Source of the DNA: Bacteroidota bacterium
GTDB taxonomy: Bacteria; Bacteroidota; Bacteroidia; Bacteroidales; PWNQ01
NCBI GenBank assembly: GCA_051748065.1
Contig: JBNJGZ010000002.1
Span: forward strand, 1 to 37,812
DNA: 37,812 bases
Direction of reading: 5' to 3'
Each line of letters opens with the position of its first letter. The first letter of the stretch is position 1. Made by a program: the position numbers and the translations under genes. The notes under the pieces were generated by a model that was not told the origin of the DNA, did not search any database, and was given only the letters and a program-made list of their open reading frames with translations. Positions 1 through 10,437 of the stretch are shown here, piece after piece.

Positions 1-20
1 TGTATTTCGATGCTTTGCAT
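1..20 (-). CDS. 5' end of a gene running off the window (MQSIEI...), possibly tRNA threonylcarbamoyladenosine biosynthesis ATPase TsaE
   Basis: Minus-strand ATG at 18-20 with an A-rich upstream region. Identity is inferred only from the common porX-tsaE synteny; just 6 codons are visible. Confidence 0.3.
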
Positions 21-40
21 TTGATTTCTTTTTAAATTAA

Positions 41-74
41 TTCAGGCAAATAAAACGGATTTTATCTGCCTGAA
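41..74 (-). terminator. Stem-loop downstream of porX (terminator or RNA-stabilising hairpin)
   Basis: 15-bp stem, TTCAGGCAGATAAAA-TCCG-TTTTATTTGCCTGAA on the minus strand, with one G-U pair. The following U-tract is weak. Confidence 0.5.
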
Positions 75-103
75 CATTCGTTTTCTTATTATTTATGACC
101 TTC

Positions 104-1660
104 TTATTTGGGATTTAAAACAGCGAAAGGAACTAATAGCTCTTGCATTGAGATTCCACCATGCTGAAACGTATTTTTATATAGGTTAACAAAGTGATTG
201 TAATTATTGGGATAAACCAGAAAGTCCGAATTACGTGTAAAAACATATGAAGTAGAAATATTGATACGTGGTAAGTATAGGCTTTCCGGATCTTTTATCT
301 CAAATACTTCTTTGGGTTTATATTGCAGGTTTTTTCCAAATTTATAACGCAGGTTTGTGTTTGTATTGCGGTCTCCCAGTATTTTTACGGGATTTTTGGT
401 TTTTACTGAGCCATGGTCTGTGGTGATGATAATGCGTACATCCTGATCAGCCAGGTCAGTTATAATTTCTTTTAAGGGAGAATGTTCAAACCATGATTTT
501 GTTATGGAACGATATGCCGTTTCATCTTCAGCAAGCTCTTTAATAACTTCAGTATCTGTTCTGGCGTGAGAAAGGGTATCAATAAAGTTATAAACAATCA
601 CATTCAATTTATTATTAGCCAGATTGGGTAACTTTTCAACTAATTTTTTTCCGGCATTCAAATTAAGGATTTTGTTATAAGAGTAAGACACGTCACTTTT
701 ACCGAATCTTTTTAACAATTGCTCTAATAGCTGGGATTCGTATTGGTTTTTGGACTCTTCTTCGTATTCATCTACCCAATACTCCGGATATTTTTTCTTG
801 ATTTCATTAGGCAACAAACCTGAAAAGATAGAATTTCTGGCATATTGTGTAGCTGAAGGAATAATACCATAATAAATATCATCAATTTCGGTTACATAGT
901 TTTCTTCTATAATGGGTTGTAAGGTTTTCCACTGATCATAACGTAAGTTGTCAACAAGTATTAAATAAGTTGGTACATCGTCATTTAAAAACGGAAAGAT
1001 CTTATCCCGAAATAAGGTATGCGATAAGACCGGGATTTCTTCCGCATTTCCATGAAGCCAGTCTTCATAATTTTTTTCAAAGAATTTACTGAAAACCGTG
1101 TTGGCTTCTTCTTTCTGCATATCCAGTATATCCCGTATGCCGGTGTCTGTGGTTGATTCAAGTTCCAACTCCCACCGAACAAGCTTTTTGTAAATATCAA
1201 TCCACTCTTTAAAATTAGGATTTTGGTTTAACTCCATACCAATTTTGGCAAATTCCTGTTGATAAGAATGTGCTGATTTGTCATCGGCTAATTTTTTAGT
1301 CTCCAGTATTTTCTTAAGTGATGAAAGAATTTGTTTGGGATTTACCGGTTTGATAAGGTAATCTTCTATTCTGGAACCAAAAGCTTCTTCCATAATACTT
1401 TCTTCTTCACTTTTGGTAATCATGACAACCGGTAAATTAGGACGGATACTTTTTAACTCATCTAAGGTTTCAATTCCCGACATCCCGGGCATTTGTTCAT
1501 CCAGAAAAATCACATCAAAATTGTCATTTTGTATGATTTCTAAAGCATCTCCGCCATTATTAGTAGTCGTTACCTGGTATCCTTTTTCTTCCAAAAAAAT
1601 GATATGTGCTTTGAGCATATCAATTTCATCGTCGGCCCATAAAATTTTAATCTTGTTCAT
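104..1660 (-). CDS. porX: PorX-type response regulator (receiver domain + PglZ/alkaline-phosphatase-fold domain)
   Basis: N-terminal receiver (ILWADDE, FLDEQMPG, TKSEEE, KP); PglZ motifs DNLRYDQW, PSATQYARN, TTDHG, QHGG; 518 aa; divergent from an HD gene and the lpx operon as in other Bacteroidota. Confidence 0.93.
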   Translation of the reverse strand: MNKIKILWADDEIDMLKAHIIFLEEKGYQVTTTNNGGDALEIIQNDNFDVIFLDEQMPGMSGIETLDELKSIRPNLPVVMITKSEEESIMEEAFGSRIEDYLIKPVNPKQILSSLKKILETKKLADDKSAHSYQQEFAKIGMELNQNPNFKEWIDIYKKLVRWELELESTTDTGIRDILDMQKEEANTVFSKFFEKNYEDWLHGNAEEIPVLSHTLFRDKIFPFLNDDVPTYLILVDNLRYDQWKTLQPIIEENYVTEIDDIYYGIIPSATQYARNSIFSGLLPNEIKKKYPEYWVDEYEEESKNQYESQLLEQLLKRFGKSDVSYSYNKILNLNAGKKLVEKLPNLANNKLNVIVYNFIDTLSHARTDTEVIKELAEDETAYRSITKSWFEHSPLKEIITDLADQDVRIIITTDHGSVKTKNPVKILGDRNTNTNLRYKFGKNLQYKPKEVFEIKDPESLYLPRINISTSYVFTRNSDFLVYPNNYNHFVNLYKNTFQHGGISMQELLVPFAVLNPK

Positions 1661-1772
1661 TGTTATAATTTAGTTTTAAAAAATACGTATGTATTAAGTG
1701 CTTTATTGCAATAATTTCCTTTTATTTTTACAAAATGAAATTTGGTTTGGATCACAAAAATAATAATCGTGC

Positions 1773-3023
1773 ATGTCAGAATATCATCTTAACAAAAAGA
1801 AAATACTTAATGACCCTGTCTTTGGTTTTATAACAATTCCACATGAACTTGTGTTCGATGTTATTGAACATTCATGGTTTCAACGATTGCGCAGAATAAA
1901 ACAATTAGGGCTTACTTCGCTGGTTTATCCCGGAGCATTGCATACGCGATTTCATCATGCTATTGGCGCCATGGGACTTATGCAGGAAGCCATTAAAATG
2001 CTCGAAGACAAAGGGCAAGAAATTACCGAAGATGAAAAACTCGGGACTTATATTGCTATTTTATTGCATGATATAGGACACGGTCCTTTTTCACATGCCC
2101 TGGAATATTCAATTGTGAATAAAGTAAAGCATGAGCAACTGTCACTATTATTCATGGAAAAATTGAATGAAAAATTCAACGGGCAGTTGGATACAGCGAT
2201 CCGAATATTTAAAAATGAATACCCCAAAAAATTTCTTCATCAATTGGTATCCGGTCAGCTTGATGTAGACCGGCTTGATTATTTAAAAAGAGATTCCTTC
2301 TTTACAGGGGTTTCCGAAGGCATTATAGGAACTGAGCGTATTATAAAGATGTTAAATGTTTTTGATGACCAGTTAGTGATCGAATCGAAAGGTATATACT
2401 CAATAGAGAAATTTATTTTAGCCCGTCGTTTGATGTATTGGCAGGTATATTTGCATAAGACAGTTTTAAGTGCAGAGCAGATGCTTGTTAAAATATTACA
2501 GCGAGCAAAAGAGCTCTCCAATACAGGTATAACATTATTTGCCACTCCTGATTTGTCGTTTTTTCTCAAAGGAAATTATTCGTTTGAAGATTTTCAAAAT
2601 GACCAGTCAATTATAGAACGGTTTGCCAACATCGATGATTACGATATTTCTTCAGCAATAAAAGTTTGGACCAAACATGAAGATAAAGTGCTGAGCGATT
2701 TGTCTCAGAGATTGATTAACAGAGAACTATACAGATTGGAGATTCAAACAGAACCTTTCGAAACAAAAAAAATTAAAGCACTGGAACAACAATGGCAAGA
2801 AAAATATCCCGGGTACGAAGGATATCAAAATTATTATATCTTTACCGGGACAACAGAAAATAAAGCATATAATCCTGAAGAAGAAAACATCAAGGTTTTA
2901 CAGAAAGGCAATTATTTACAAGACCTTATAGATTCATCCGAAGAATTAAATGTGTCTACAATTACCCAAACAATTCATAAAAATTATCTTTGTTACCCGA
3001 AAAGTTTGGTTAAAAATAACTAA
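1773..3023 (+). CDS. HD-domain phosphohydrolase (dNTP triphosphohydrolase/SAMHD1-like family)
   Basis: FQRLRRIKQLG, HTRFHH, LLHDIGHGPFSH and DVDRLDYLKRD motifs. Confidence 0.9.
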   Translation: MSEYHLNKKKILNDPVFGFITIPHELVFDVIEHSWFQRLRRIKQLGLTSLVYPGALHTRFHHAIGAMGLMQEAIKMLEDKGQEITEDEKLGTYIAILLHDIGHGPFSHALEYSIVNKVKHEQLSLLFMEKLNEKFNGQLDTAIRIFKNEYPKKFLHQLVSGQLDVDRLDYLKRDSFFTGVSEGIIGTERIIKMLNVFDDQLVIESKGIYSIEKFILARRLMYWQVYLHKTVLSAEQMLVKILQRAKELSNTGITLFATPDLSFFLKGNYSFEDFQNDQSIIERFANIDDYDISSAIKVWTKHEDKVLSDLSQRLINRELYRLEIQTEPFETKKIKALEQQWQEKYPGYEGYQNYYIFTGTTENKAYNPEEENIKVLQKGNYLQDLIDSSEELNVSTITQTIHKNYLCYPKSLVKNN

Positions 3024-3071
3024 ATTTGGTTTTTTCTATGTCAATTATTATTATTTATGACTAACTTACAC

Positions 3072-3079
3072 TACTTTTG
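3072..3079 (+). promoter_or_regulatory. Bacteroidota housekeeping -7 promoter element for lpxD-lpxC/fabZ-lpxA
   Basis: TACTTTTG matches TAnnTTTG, 22 nt before the lpxD ATG. A second match, TAAATTTG, lies at 3089-3096. Confidence 0.55.
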
Positions 3080-3101
3080 CAGTAATTTTAAATTTGCATA
3101 A

Positions 3102-4145
3102 ATGAAATTTACAGCGAATGATATTGCCAGATTAATCGAAGGCAAATTAGATGGAGACCCTAATGTGGTTGTAAATAAAGTATCCAAGATAGACGAAGGA
3201 GAACCGGGTTCGGTATCTTTTTTGGCGAACCCTAAATATACTCCCTTTATATACGAAAGTGAAGCAGCCATTGTTATTGTCAATACAGATTTTGTTCCGG
3301 AAAAAGACATCAAGCCAACTTTGATCAAAGTGAAAGATCCTTATAGTGCATTTGCCCGTTTGCTGGAGATCTACAATAACATTAAGCACAGTAAAACAGG
3401 AATATCTGGAAAAGCAGATATTCCACACTCCGCTTCCATTGGCAAGGATGTTTTTGTAGGTCCTTTTGTTAGTATTGGCGAAAATACGGTCATAGGAGAT
3501 AATACAAAAATATATGCCAATACGGTTATTGGCGACAATGTGAAGATTGGTGATAACTGCCTGATATTTAGCAATGTAAATATATATTCAGATTGCGTTA
3601 TCGGTTCAAAAGTAACATTGCATGCCGGTATTGTTATTGGTAGCGATGGCTTTGGATTTGCACCGCAACAGGATAGCAATTTCAAAAAAGTAGCACAGAT
3701 TGGAAATGTGATTATCGAAGACCAGGTTGAAATTGGTGCCAACACAACTATTGACAGAGCAACGATGGGTTCAACCATTATTCGCAAAGGAGTGAAACTG
3801 GATAATTTAATCCAGGTAGCTCATAATGCGGAAATTGATGAAAATACAGTAATCGCTGCTTTGACAGGAATCTCCGGCTCCGCTAAAATTGGAAAAAATT
3901 GCATGATTGGTGGTCAGGTTGGAGTTGTTGGTCATTTGCAGATTGCTGATGAAGTGAAAATTGCGGCTCAGGCCGGCGTTTCTTCTTCAATTAAGGAAAA
4001 AGGATTTACGGCATTAGGTTCACCGGCCATAGAATACAATAACTACAAAAAATCTTATGTCCATTTTAAAAATCTTCAGAATCTGGTAGACAGGATAAAA
4101 GTGCTTGAGCAAAAATTAGAAGATAAAATGGACATTGGTAAATAG
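3102..4145 (+). CDS. lpxD: UDP-3-O-(3-hydroxyacyl)glucosamine N-acyltransferase
   Basis: FLANPKY, hexapeptide repeats, [27 protein letters not shown]. Confidence 0.97.
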   Translation: MKFTANDIARLIEGKLDGDPNVVVNKVSKIDEGEPGSVSFLANPKYTPFIYESEAAIVIVNTDFVPEKDIKPTLIKVKDPYSAFARLLEIYNNIKHSKTGISGKADIPHSASIGKDVFVGPFVSIGENTVIGDNTKIYANTVIGDNVKIGDNCLIFSNVNIYSDCVIGSKVTLHAGIVIGSDGFGFAPQQDSNFKKVAQIGNVIIEDQVEIGANTTIDRATMGSTIIRKGVKLDNLIQVAHNAEIDENTVIAALTGISGSAKIGKNCMIGGQVGVVGHLQIADEVKIAAQAGVSSSIKEKGFTALGSPAIEYNNYKKSYVHFKNLQNLVDRIKVLEQKLEDKMDIGK

Positions 4146-4162
4146 ATTTATATAAAAAGTAT

Positions 4163-5566
4163 ATGAGCGACAAACAAAAAACAATAAAAAAATCAGTTTC
4201 AATCCAGGGTGTAGGACTACATACCGGGAGAAAAGTGACCCTTACATTCAATCCTGCTCCTGAAAATTACGGCTATAGATTTGTCAGGACCGATTTGGAA
4301 GGACAACCTGTTATTGAAGCATTATCTGAAAATGTGGTCGATACTACCCGCGGAACTATGCTTGAAAAAAATAAAGCAAGGGTAGGTACGATTGAACATA
4401 CTCTTGCAGCTTTGGCAGGGCTTGAAATAGATAATGTTTTAATGGAAATAGACGGCCCTGAAGCTCCTATTATGGACGGGAGTTCGCGGTTTTATGTGGA
4501 GAAGATATTGGAAGCCGGACTCGAAGAGCAAAATGAAGAACGAAACTATTATTGTATTAAAGAGGCTATAGAATACCGGGTAGAAGATAAAGACTCTGAA
4601 ATTGTAGCTATTCCTGATGATAAGTTCTCCATTTCCAGTATGATTGACTATGATACCAAAGTTTTAAACGTTCAACATGCTCAGCTCAACGACTTAAGCG
4701 AATTTAAAGAGGGATTCTCCCGGGCTCGCACTTTTGTCTTTTTGCATGAACTGGAACAGCTTTTTACGCAGGAGCACCTTATTCAGGGAGGTAATTTGAA
4801 TAATGCTATTGTCTTTGTTGAAGATAAAGTTAGTCAGAAAGAGCTTGATAATATAGCAGATAAATTAGGTCGCGAAAGTGTGGATGTAACTGAAGATGGT
4901 ATTTTGAATAACCTGGAATTGGAATATCCAAATGAGCCGGCACGTCATAAACTTTTGGATATATTAGGTGATTTAGCTTTGATTGGACGGCCGATTAAAG
5001 GAAAACTATTGGCTAAACGACCCGGGCATAAAACCAATGTGGAGTTTGCGGCCAAATTGCGTAAAAAAATATTGAAAGAAGAAAGCCGGAAGGGGAAGCA
5101 AGCGCCTTATATTGATTGGTCGAAGCCTCCTCTCTATGATATCAATCAGATAAAGAACATTCTTCCTCACAGACCGCCGTTTTTATTAATTGACCGGATC
5201 TATGACATTGATGGAGACCAGGTTGTAGGGATGAAAAATGTAACCATGAATGAAGCATTTTTTGCAGGCCATTTTCCTGATGAGCCTTTGATGCCGGGAG
5301 TATTACAGATCGAGGCAATGGCTCAGGCTGGCGGAATTTTGGCTCTGCATCAGGTAGAAGAACCTCAGGAATACAGCACTTATTTTCTGAAAATTGATAA
5401 AGTCCGGTTCCGGAAGAAAGTAGAACCCGGGGATACACTTGTGTTTAAGTTAAAACTTGTATCACCTATTCGCAGAGGTCTTTGTCACATGGAAGGGAAA
5501 GCTTTTGTAGGCGAAACGATTGTAACTGAAGCAGACCTCTTAGCACAGATTACCAGAGAGAAATAA
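4163..5566 (+). CDS. lpxC/fabZ: Bifunctional LpxC deacetylase / FabZ 3-hydroxyacyl-ACP dehydratase
   Basis: LpxC motifs GVGLHTG, TIEH, RHKLLD; FabZ motifs LPHRPPFLLID and GHFPDEPLMPGVLQIEAMAQ. This fusion is typical of Bacteroidota. Confidence 0.97.
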   Translation: MSDKQKTIKKSVSIQGVGLHTGRKVTLTFNPAPENYGYRFVRTDLEGQPVIEALSENVVDTTRGTMLEKNKARVGTIEHTLAALAGLEIDNVLMEIDGPEAPIMDGSSRFYVEKILEAGLEEQNEERNYYCIKEAIEYRVEDKDSEIVAIPDDKFSISSMIDYDTKVLNVQHAQLNDLSEFKEGFSRARTFVFLHELEQLFTQEHLIQGGNLNNAIVFVEDKVSQKELDNIADKLGRESVDVTEDGILNNLELEYPNEPARHKLLDILGDLALIGRPIKGKLLAKRPGHKTNVEFAAKLRKKILKEESRKGKQAPYIDWSKPPLYDINQIKNILPHRPPFLLIDRIYDIDGDQVVGMKNVTMNEAFFAGHFPDEPLMPGVLQIEAMAQAGGILALHQVEEPQEYSTYFLKIDKVRFRKKVEPGDTLVFKLKLVSPIRRGLCHMEGKAFVGETIVTEADLLAQITREK

Positions 5567-5663
5567 CAGAATCGAAAACCTATGAAACGAGCATACGGTT
5601 GGAGAACATAATAAAAACTAATATGCACGTTTTATAGTACCAATTTAATCAATTAATCAATCT

Positions 5664-6455
5664 ATGAATCAACCATTAGCATACGTACATCCACAGGCAA
5701 AAATTGCTGATAATGTGGTTATTGAGCCTTTTGTAACTATTCATAAAAATGTGGAAATCGGAGAAGGAACCTGGATCGGTTCCAATGCCACCATTATGGA
5801 AGGTGCACGAATTGGAAAGAATAATAAAATATTCCCTGGTGCAGTGATTTCTGCAATACCCCAGGACCTTAAATATAATGGCGAAGATACTTATGTAAGA
5901 ATTGGCGATGATAATATTATCAGAGAATTTGCGACAATTAACAGGGGAACTAAAGCCAATAACGAAACAGTAATTGGTAATAATAACCTGATCATGGCAT
6001 ATGTACATATTGCTCATGATTGTATCGTGAATGATCATTGTATTCTGGCCAATAATGTCGCTCTTGCCGGCCATATAGAAATAAAAAACTGGGCTATTAT
6101 CGGCGGACAGGTTGCTGTTCACCAGTTTGTCAATATCGGATCACATAGTTTTATCTCCGGTGGAACTTTGGTTAGAAAAGATGTTCCACCGTTTACAAAA
6201 GCAGCCCGTGAACCCATCTCTTATTCCGGAATTAATTCCATTGGACTGAGAAGAAGAGGATATTCAAAAGAATCAATTAATCAAATTCAGGATATCTACA
6301 GACATATTTATTTACGTAATATGAATGTCAGCCAGGCTGTGGAATATATTGAAGCGGAAGTTCCGGTAACTCAGGAGCGGGATGAAATACTGGCTTTTGT
6401 GCAGAATTCCAGCCGTGGTATCATGCGTGGACCTTTGCGCAAAATAATGAGTTAA
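5664..6455 (+). CDS. lpxA: Acyl-ACP--UDP-N-acetylglucosamine O-acyltransferase
   Basis: PQDLKY, IREFATINRGT, MAYVHIAHDC, HQF, GLRRRG. Confidence 0.97.
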   Translation: MNQPLAYVHPQAKIADNVVIEPFVTIHKNVEIGEGTWIGSNATIMEGARIGKNNKIFPGAVISAIPQDLKYNGEDTYVRIGDDNIIREFATINRGTKANNETVIGNNNLIMAYVHIAHDCIVNDHCILANNVALAGHIEIKNWAIIGGQVAVHQFVNIGSHSFISGGTLVRKDVPPFTKAAREPISYSGINSIGLRRRGYSKESINQIQDIYRHIYLRNMNVSQAVEYIEAEVPVTQERDEILAFVQNSSRGIMRGPLRKIMS

Positions 6456-6480
6456 AAAAATCGGATAGTCTAAGCAGTAG

Positions 6481-6511
6481 AAAACCTTTGTAAATTTTAT
6501 GAAGGTTTTTT
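6481..6511 (+). terminator. Intrinsic terminator after lpxA
   Basis: AAAACCTT...AAGGTTTTTT inverted repeat ending in a T-run, 25 nt after the stop codon. Confidence 0.65.
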
Positions 6512-6773
6512 ATTGTTTGGTCTCTGAAAGACTACAGTTATTTTTTTTGTATTTTTACCTTATCATAAGTATTAATCTTTTCCCTAAAAGATGATATTTT
6601 TATGAAACTTCCATGTTTGCCCAAATTATGCAAGCAAATGAATAAAATTTAGGCTACTGCATGTGAGCCCCCGCATAATATGACGTGGTAAACATAACAA
6701 CGGTTTAATCAAACTTGACCATATAAAATTAAGTAACAGGATTGATCACTGAAGCTAAAAACATCTCCGACAA

Positions 6774-7919
6774 ATGATCCAAAATGTAAAGTTAAAACGT
6801 GTAATCCGGGTATTGGTAATTATGATTATTTTACTTGGACTTTTCTATCTTATTGCGCCCAAATATGTTACCCGTGCCTTGATATTTCAGCATGTAGGTA
6901 TTGATGATTACCGGATTTTTGGAAACAGAGAGGTGGATGCTGAAAACTATCAATCATGGGCTTTTGCAAAAAACAAAACGGAAATTCCGGAGAATCAGTT
7001 GGAAAGAATGGCAGAATATGACCCCGTTGCTTTTCTTATTATTCAAAATGATACGGTGATAAGCGAACGCTATTGGGAAGATTATGGACCGGATTCCTAC
7101 TCGAATTTGTTTTCTTCTACTAAAAGTATTGTTTCTTTACTTATTGGGATTGCAAATCAAAAAGGCTACATTGATTCAATTGATCAACCTGTTGGAGATT
7201 ACTTACCCGAATACAATAGAGGTGATAAGTCTAAAATATCAATAAAAGATTTGTTAACCATGAGTAGTGGACTTAGCTGGGATGAGAGTTACGGAAGTCT
7301 TTTTTCAACTACTACACAAGCATATTACGGCCAGGATCTTGAAAGTCTTGTTATGGGTCTGGATGTTATTGAAGAACCGGGGGAAAGGTACAAGTATTTG
7401 AGTGGGAATACACAAATTTTAGGTTTTTTACTTACTGAAGCTACGGGTATGACTATGTCCGAATTTGCAGGAAAATATCTTTGGACACCAGTTGGGGCTA
7501 AGCATGATGCTTTATGGTCATTAGATAAAAAAGGAGGAATGGAAAAAGCGTATTGCTGTTTTAACTCCAATGCACGGGATATTGCCAGAATCGGAAAGTT
7601 AGTTCTGGATAGTGGACGAGCTTATGGGAAACAAGTTGTCAGCGAGGGTTATATAGTAAATGCTACACAACCTGCCGATTATCTGGTTGATGAAAATGGC
7701 AAAGAAAATGATTTTTATGGATATCATTGGTGGATAATAGACTATAAAGGAAAAACAGTAAAATATGCCAGAGGCATTCTCGGGCAATATATTTTTGTTT
7801 TACCTGATTATGATGCTGTTGTCGTACGCCTTGGGCATTTAAGAAGTGAAAAATATGATGGACACCATCCCATTGATGTTTTTATATATCTTGATGCAGC
7901 CTTTGCGATGTTAAATTAA
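6774..7919 (+). CDS. Membrane-anchored serine hydrolase, beta-lactamase class C / NylB-like family
   Basis: N-terminal TM helix, SxxK motif (FSSTKS), LLTMSSG, YLSG and RGILGQY. Confidence 0.85.
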   Translation: MIQNVKLKRVIRVLVIMIILLGLFYLIAPKYVTRALIFQHVGIDDYRIFGNREVDAENYQSWAFAKNKTEIPENQLERMAEYDPVAFLIIQNDTVISERYWEDYGPDSYSNLFSSTKSIVSLLIGIANQKGYIDSIDQPVGDYLPEYNRGDKSKISIKDLLTMSSGLSWDESYGSLFSTTTQAYYGQDLESLVMGLDVIEEPGERYKYLSGNTQILGFLLTEATGMTMSEFAGKYLWTPVGAKHDALWSLDKKGGMEKAYCCFNSNARDIARIGKLVLDSGRAYGKQVVSEGYIVNATQPADYLVDENGKENDFYGYHWWIIDYKGKTVKYARGILGQYIFVLPDYDAVVVRLGHLRSEKYDGHHPIDVFIYLDAAFAMLN

Positions 7920-10237
7920 AATTCCCAGGAAACCCCTAAAGAAGGCATTACCGGTAGCTGGTCAACCCTGTCGCCTGAAACCCTGTCAATATAAAAGATA
8001 TTTTTTCTGTTATAAGCATTGGTAACGTTGGCTTTCACTTCAAGAGTCGAGTTTGTCGAAGGATAAAATTTGCGTGTTACACCCAGGTCCAGGCGATGAT
8101 AGGTAGGAAAACGTTTGCTGTTAATGTCTCCGTAATAAATGGTGAATTCTCCGTTTGCACTCGTATAGTCGCTGTCAATGCCGTCTTCAAATAATTGCTT
8201 GGGGTAATAGCCGGCACTGGGCGTGAATGGAAAACCTGAACCAAAGTTCCAGCGTGCATTTACTTCCCAGTTAAGGTCTTTTCCTAACTTGTATGAACCG
8301 ACCAGGTTAACATTATGTCGTCTGTCATAATGAGGATTATAAGTAACAAAATTGTCTGTCTTTTCTACGTAACCCAGTGAATAAACACCCCATAGGTAAA
8401 GCCTGAGGTCTTCATATTTGATCGTAAGGTCAATGCCTTTCGCATGTCCGTTTTCAATAATAAAATCTTTCTTTAAATAATCAGACTTATCGATATATTC
8501 TTCCGAGTCGTTAAAGATTTTATTTCTGTTCAGATTAGACAATTGGGAAAAATTCTTATAATACCCCTCTAAATTTATAGTAATATTATCTAAGATGTCA
8601 ATTTCTGCTCCGGCAACAGCATGTTGTGCTTTTTGTAATTTTGACGTGACGTCCTCTCCTTTATATTTTGATGGCAAATTGTCCGGCCCGGAAACAAAGC
8701 CATAAAAAAGGTTAACCACGTCTCTATCATATTTTGTGCTGATCAGGTTTTGAGTATATAATCCACCTGCTAATTTCAGACGCAAAAAGTCGGTCACATT
8801 ATATTTAGCTGCAAACCTTGGTTCTGGTGAGAATTCGGATAAAGAAGCATAATAGTGAGCACGGAAACTGGGTTCTAAAATTAAATCTCCGAACATCATT
8901 TTGTAAAGGGCAAAACCGGATAGTTCAGTTGTATTTTCTACTTGCTCGATTTTACGATTGATACTGTTTGAAAACTCAAGAGCAGTTTTAAATCCTTGCA
9001 TGGCCAGTCCATATTTAAGCTGGTTTTCTCCCAAAACATAAGTAAAGTTTAACCCCAGATTAAACCCATTGATGGAGCTTTTGCGGGGATTTTGGTCTGG
9101 TAGCTTTTGAGTTATTTCATATTGTGAATAAGCAAAATTGCCATCCATTAAAATATTTGAATTTTCCGGTACTACAACGAAGTTGGTACCTGCCCCGCTG
9201 TTTGTCCAGTCATATTCACTTACATTTTGATATAAAACATTATCGCTAAAGTTAAAACCAAAGAAATTTATCTTGCTTCCATCTTGCCCATTCACCGAAA
9301 ATTTACCGTAAATATCCGTGTAGTTGAAGGGCAATCCATCTTCATTCACATAATCGTAAAGTACTTCTGAGCTTTGCTCCAAAAGGGAATGTTTGGCGCT
9401 AATGATAAAAGAAGAGCTGGAAATGGTTGAATCGGTTTGCTTTTTAACCGGGCCTTCAAAAAGGGCTTTAGCCTGAAAAGGGCTAACGGACATTTTTACA
9501 TTACTTTCACGTTTATTGCCATCACGTGTTGTAATATCCATGACTGATGAAATTCTACCTCCGTACTTTGCTGAAAATCCGCCCGTATGAACATCAGCAT
9601 GCCTTATAATATCTGTATCGAACACGGAGAACAAACCAATAGAATGGAAAGGATTATAAACGACCATTCCGTCCATAAGCACCATATTTTGCACGGGAGA
9701 ACCACCACGGATATATAACTGACCACCCTGGTCGCCTGTAAATATAACCCCGGGGAGCACCTGAAGATACTGGGCTATATCTGCCTCTCCACCAACAGAA
9801 GGTATCTTACTCATTTCCTGAGGTTCGATTTTTACAATGGACGTTTGTGTTTCCTTTTTGGCCGCTTGCCGTTCACCGGATATATTTACACCTTGTAATG
9901 TCTGGGCACCGGGCGTTACATATAATTCTTTTTTTATAGTTTCACCCTTTCTTATTGTGATTGGCATTTTTAACGAATCATAACCCATAGCAGTAATCAA
10001 TAATGTATATTCTCCCGGCTCAATTTTCGTTATCGAGAAATAACCATTAACATCTGTTGAAGCTCCTGTGCTCGTGCCTTTAAAATAAACATTTGTAAAT
10101 ATGACAGGCTCTCCGCTTTTTTTATCATACACAAAGCCCTTTAGCGTTCCAGTTTGATCCTGAGCTCGAACATTATTTGCTGATAATGTAAGTATGCTTG
10201 TGATGATAAGAATATTATATAGGATTATGCGCTTCAT
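7916..10237 (-). CDS. TonB-dependent outer-membrane receptor with N-terminal carboxypeptidase-regulatory-like domain
   Basis: Signal peptide, GFVYDKKSGEP...STDVNGYF domain, plug motifs YIRGG and GGFSAKYGGRISSV, YHRLD, C-terminal aromatic residue (VSWEF). Confidence 0.9.
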   Translation of the reverse strand: MKRIILYNILIITSILTLSANNVRAQDQTGTLKGFVYDKKSGEPVIFTNVYFKGTSTGASTDVNGYFSITKIEPGEYTLLITAMGYDSLKMPITIRKGETIKKELYVTPGAQTLQGVNISGERQAAKKETQTSIVKIEPQEMSKIPSVGGEADIAQYLQVLPGVIFTGDQGGQLYIRGGSPVQNMVLMDGMVVYNPFHSIGLFSVFDTDIIRHADVHTGGFSAKYGGRISSVMDITTRDGNKRESNVKMSVSPFQAKALFEGPVKKQTDSTISSSSFIISAKHSLLEQSSEVLYDYVNEDGLPFNYTDIYGKFSVNGQDGSKINFFGFNFSDNVLYQNVSEYDWTNSGAGTNFVVVPENSNILMDGNFAYSQYEITQKLPDQNPRKSSINGFNLGLNFTYVLGENQLKYGLAMQGFKTALEFSNSINRKIEQVENTTELSGFALYKMMFGDLILEPSFRAHYYASLSEFSPEPRFAAKYNVTDFLRLKLAGGLYTQNLISTKYDRDVVNLFYGFVSGPDNLPSKYKGEDVTSKLQKAQHAVAGAEIDILDNITINLEGYYKNFSQLSNLNRNKIFNDSEEYIDKSDYLKKDFIIENGHAKGIDLTIKYEDLRLYLWGVYSLGYVEKTDNFVTYNPHYDRRHNVNLVGSYKLGKDLNWEVNARWNFGSGFPFTPSAGYYPKQLFEDGIDSDYTSANGEFTIYYGDINSKRFPTYHRLDLGVTRKFYPSTNSTLEVKANVTNAYNRKNIFYIDRVSGDRVDQLPVMPSLGVSWEF

Positions 10238-10437
10238 AATTGTGGTGTTATTTCTTTAAATGCAATCCAAAATTTTATGCATCTGTGTTGAGGTTTGCGA
10301 AGATAATAAGAAAATTTGCAATTAATAAGTCTATTGATAAATGCCTTAACGAATAGGAGAAGTGATTATTTTGTCTGTAAATATTTTAAGGTGTTTTTGG
10401 CTTGAGTTTAACACCATCTTATTATGAATAATCAAGG

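Noticed and set aside
104-1660. BREX/Pgl phage defence (PglZ domain)
   Set aside because: The PglZ domain is fused to a receiver domain as in PorX, and no brx genes are nearby.
6512-6773. ncRNA or small gene in the lpxA-hydrolase gap
   Set aside because: Only a 16-codon ORF (6602-6652) and no convincing structure; nothing supportable.
6774-7919. Antibiotic-resistance beta-lactamase
   Set aside because: SxxK is present, but YxN and KTG are replaced by YLS and ARG. It fits the broad esterase/amidase-like family.
7916-10237. SusC/SusD polysaccharide utilisation locus
   Set aside because: The receptor is short (773 aa), lacks SusC signature motifs, and has no susD or CAZyme neighbours.
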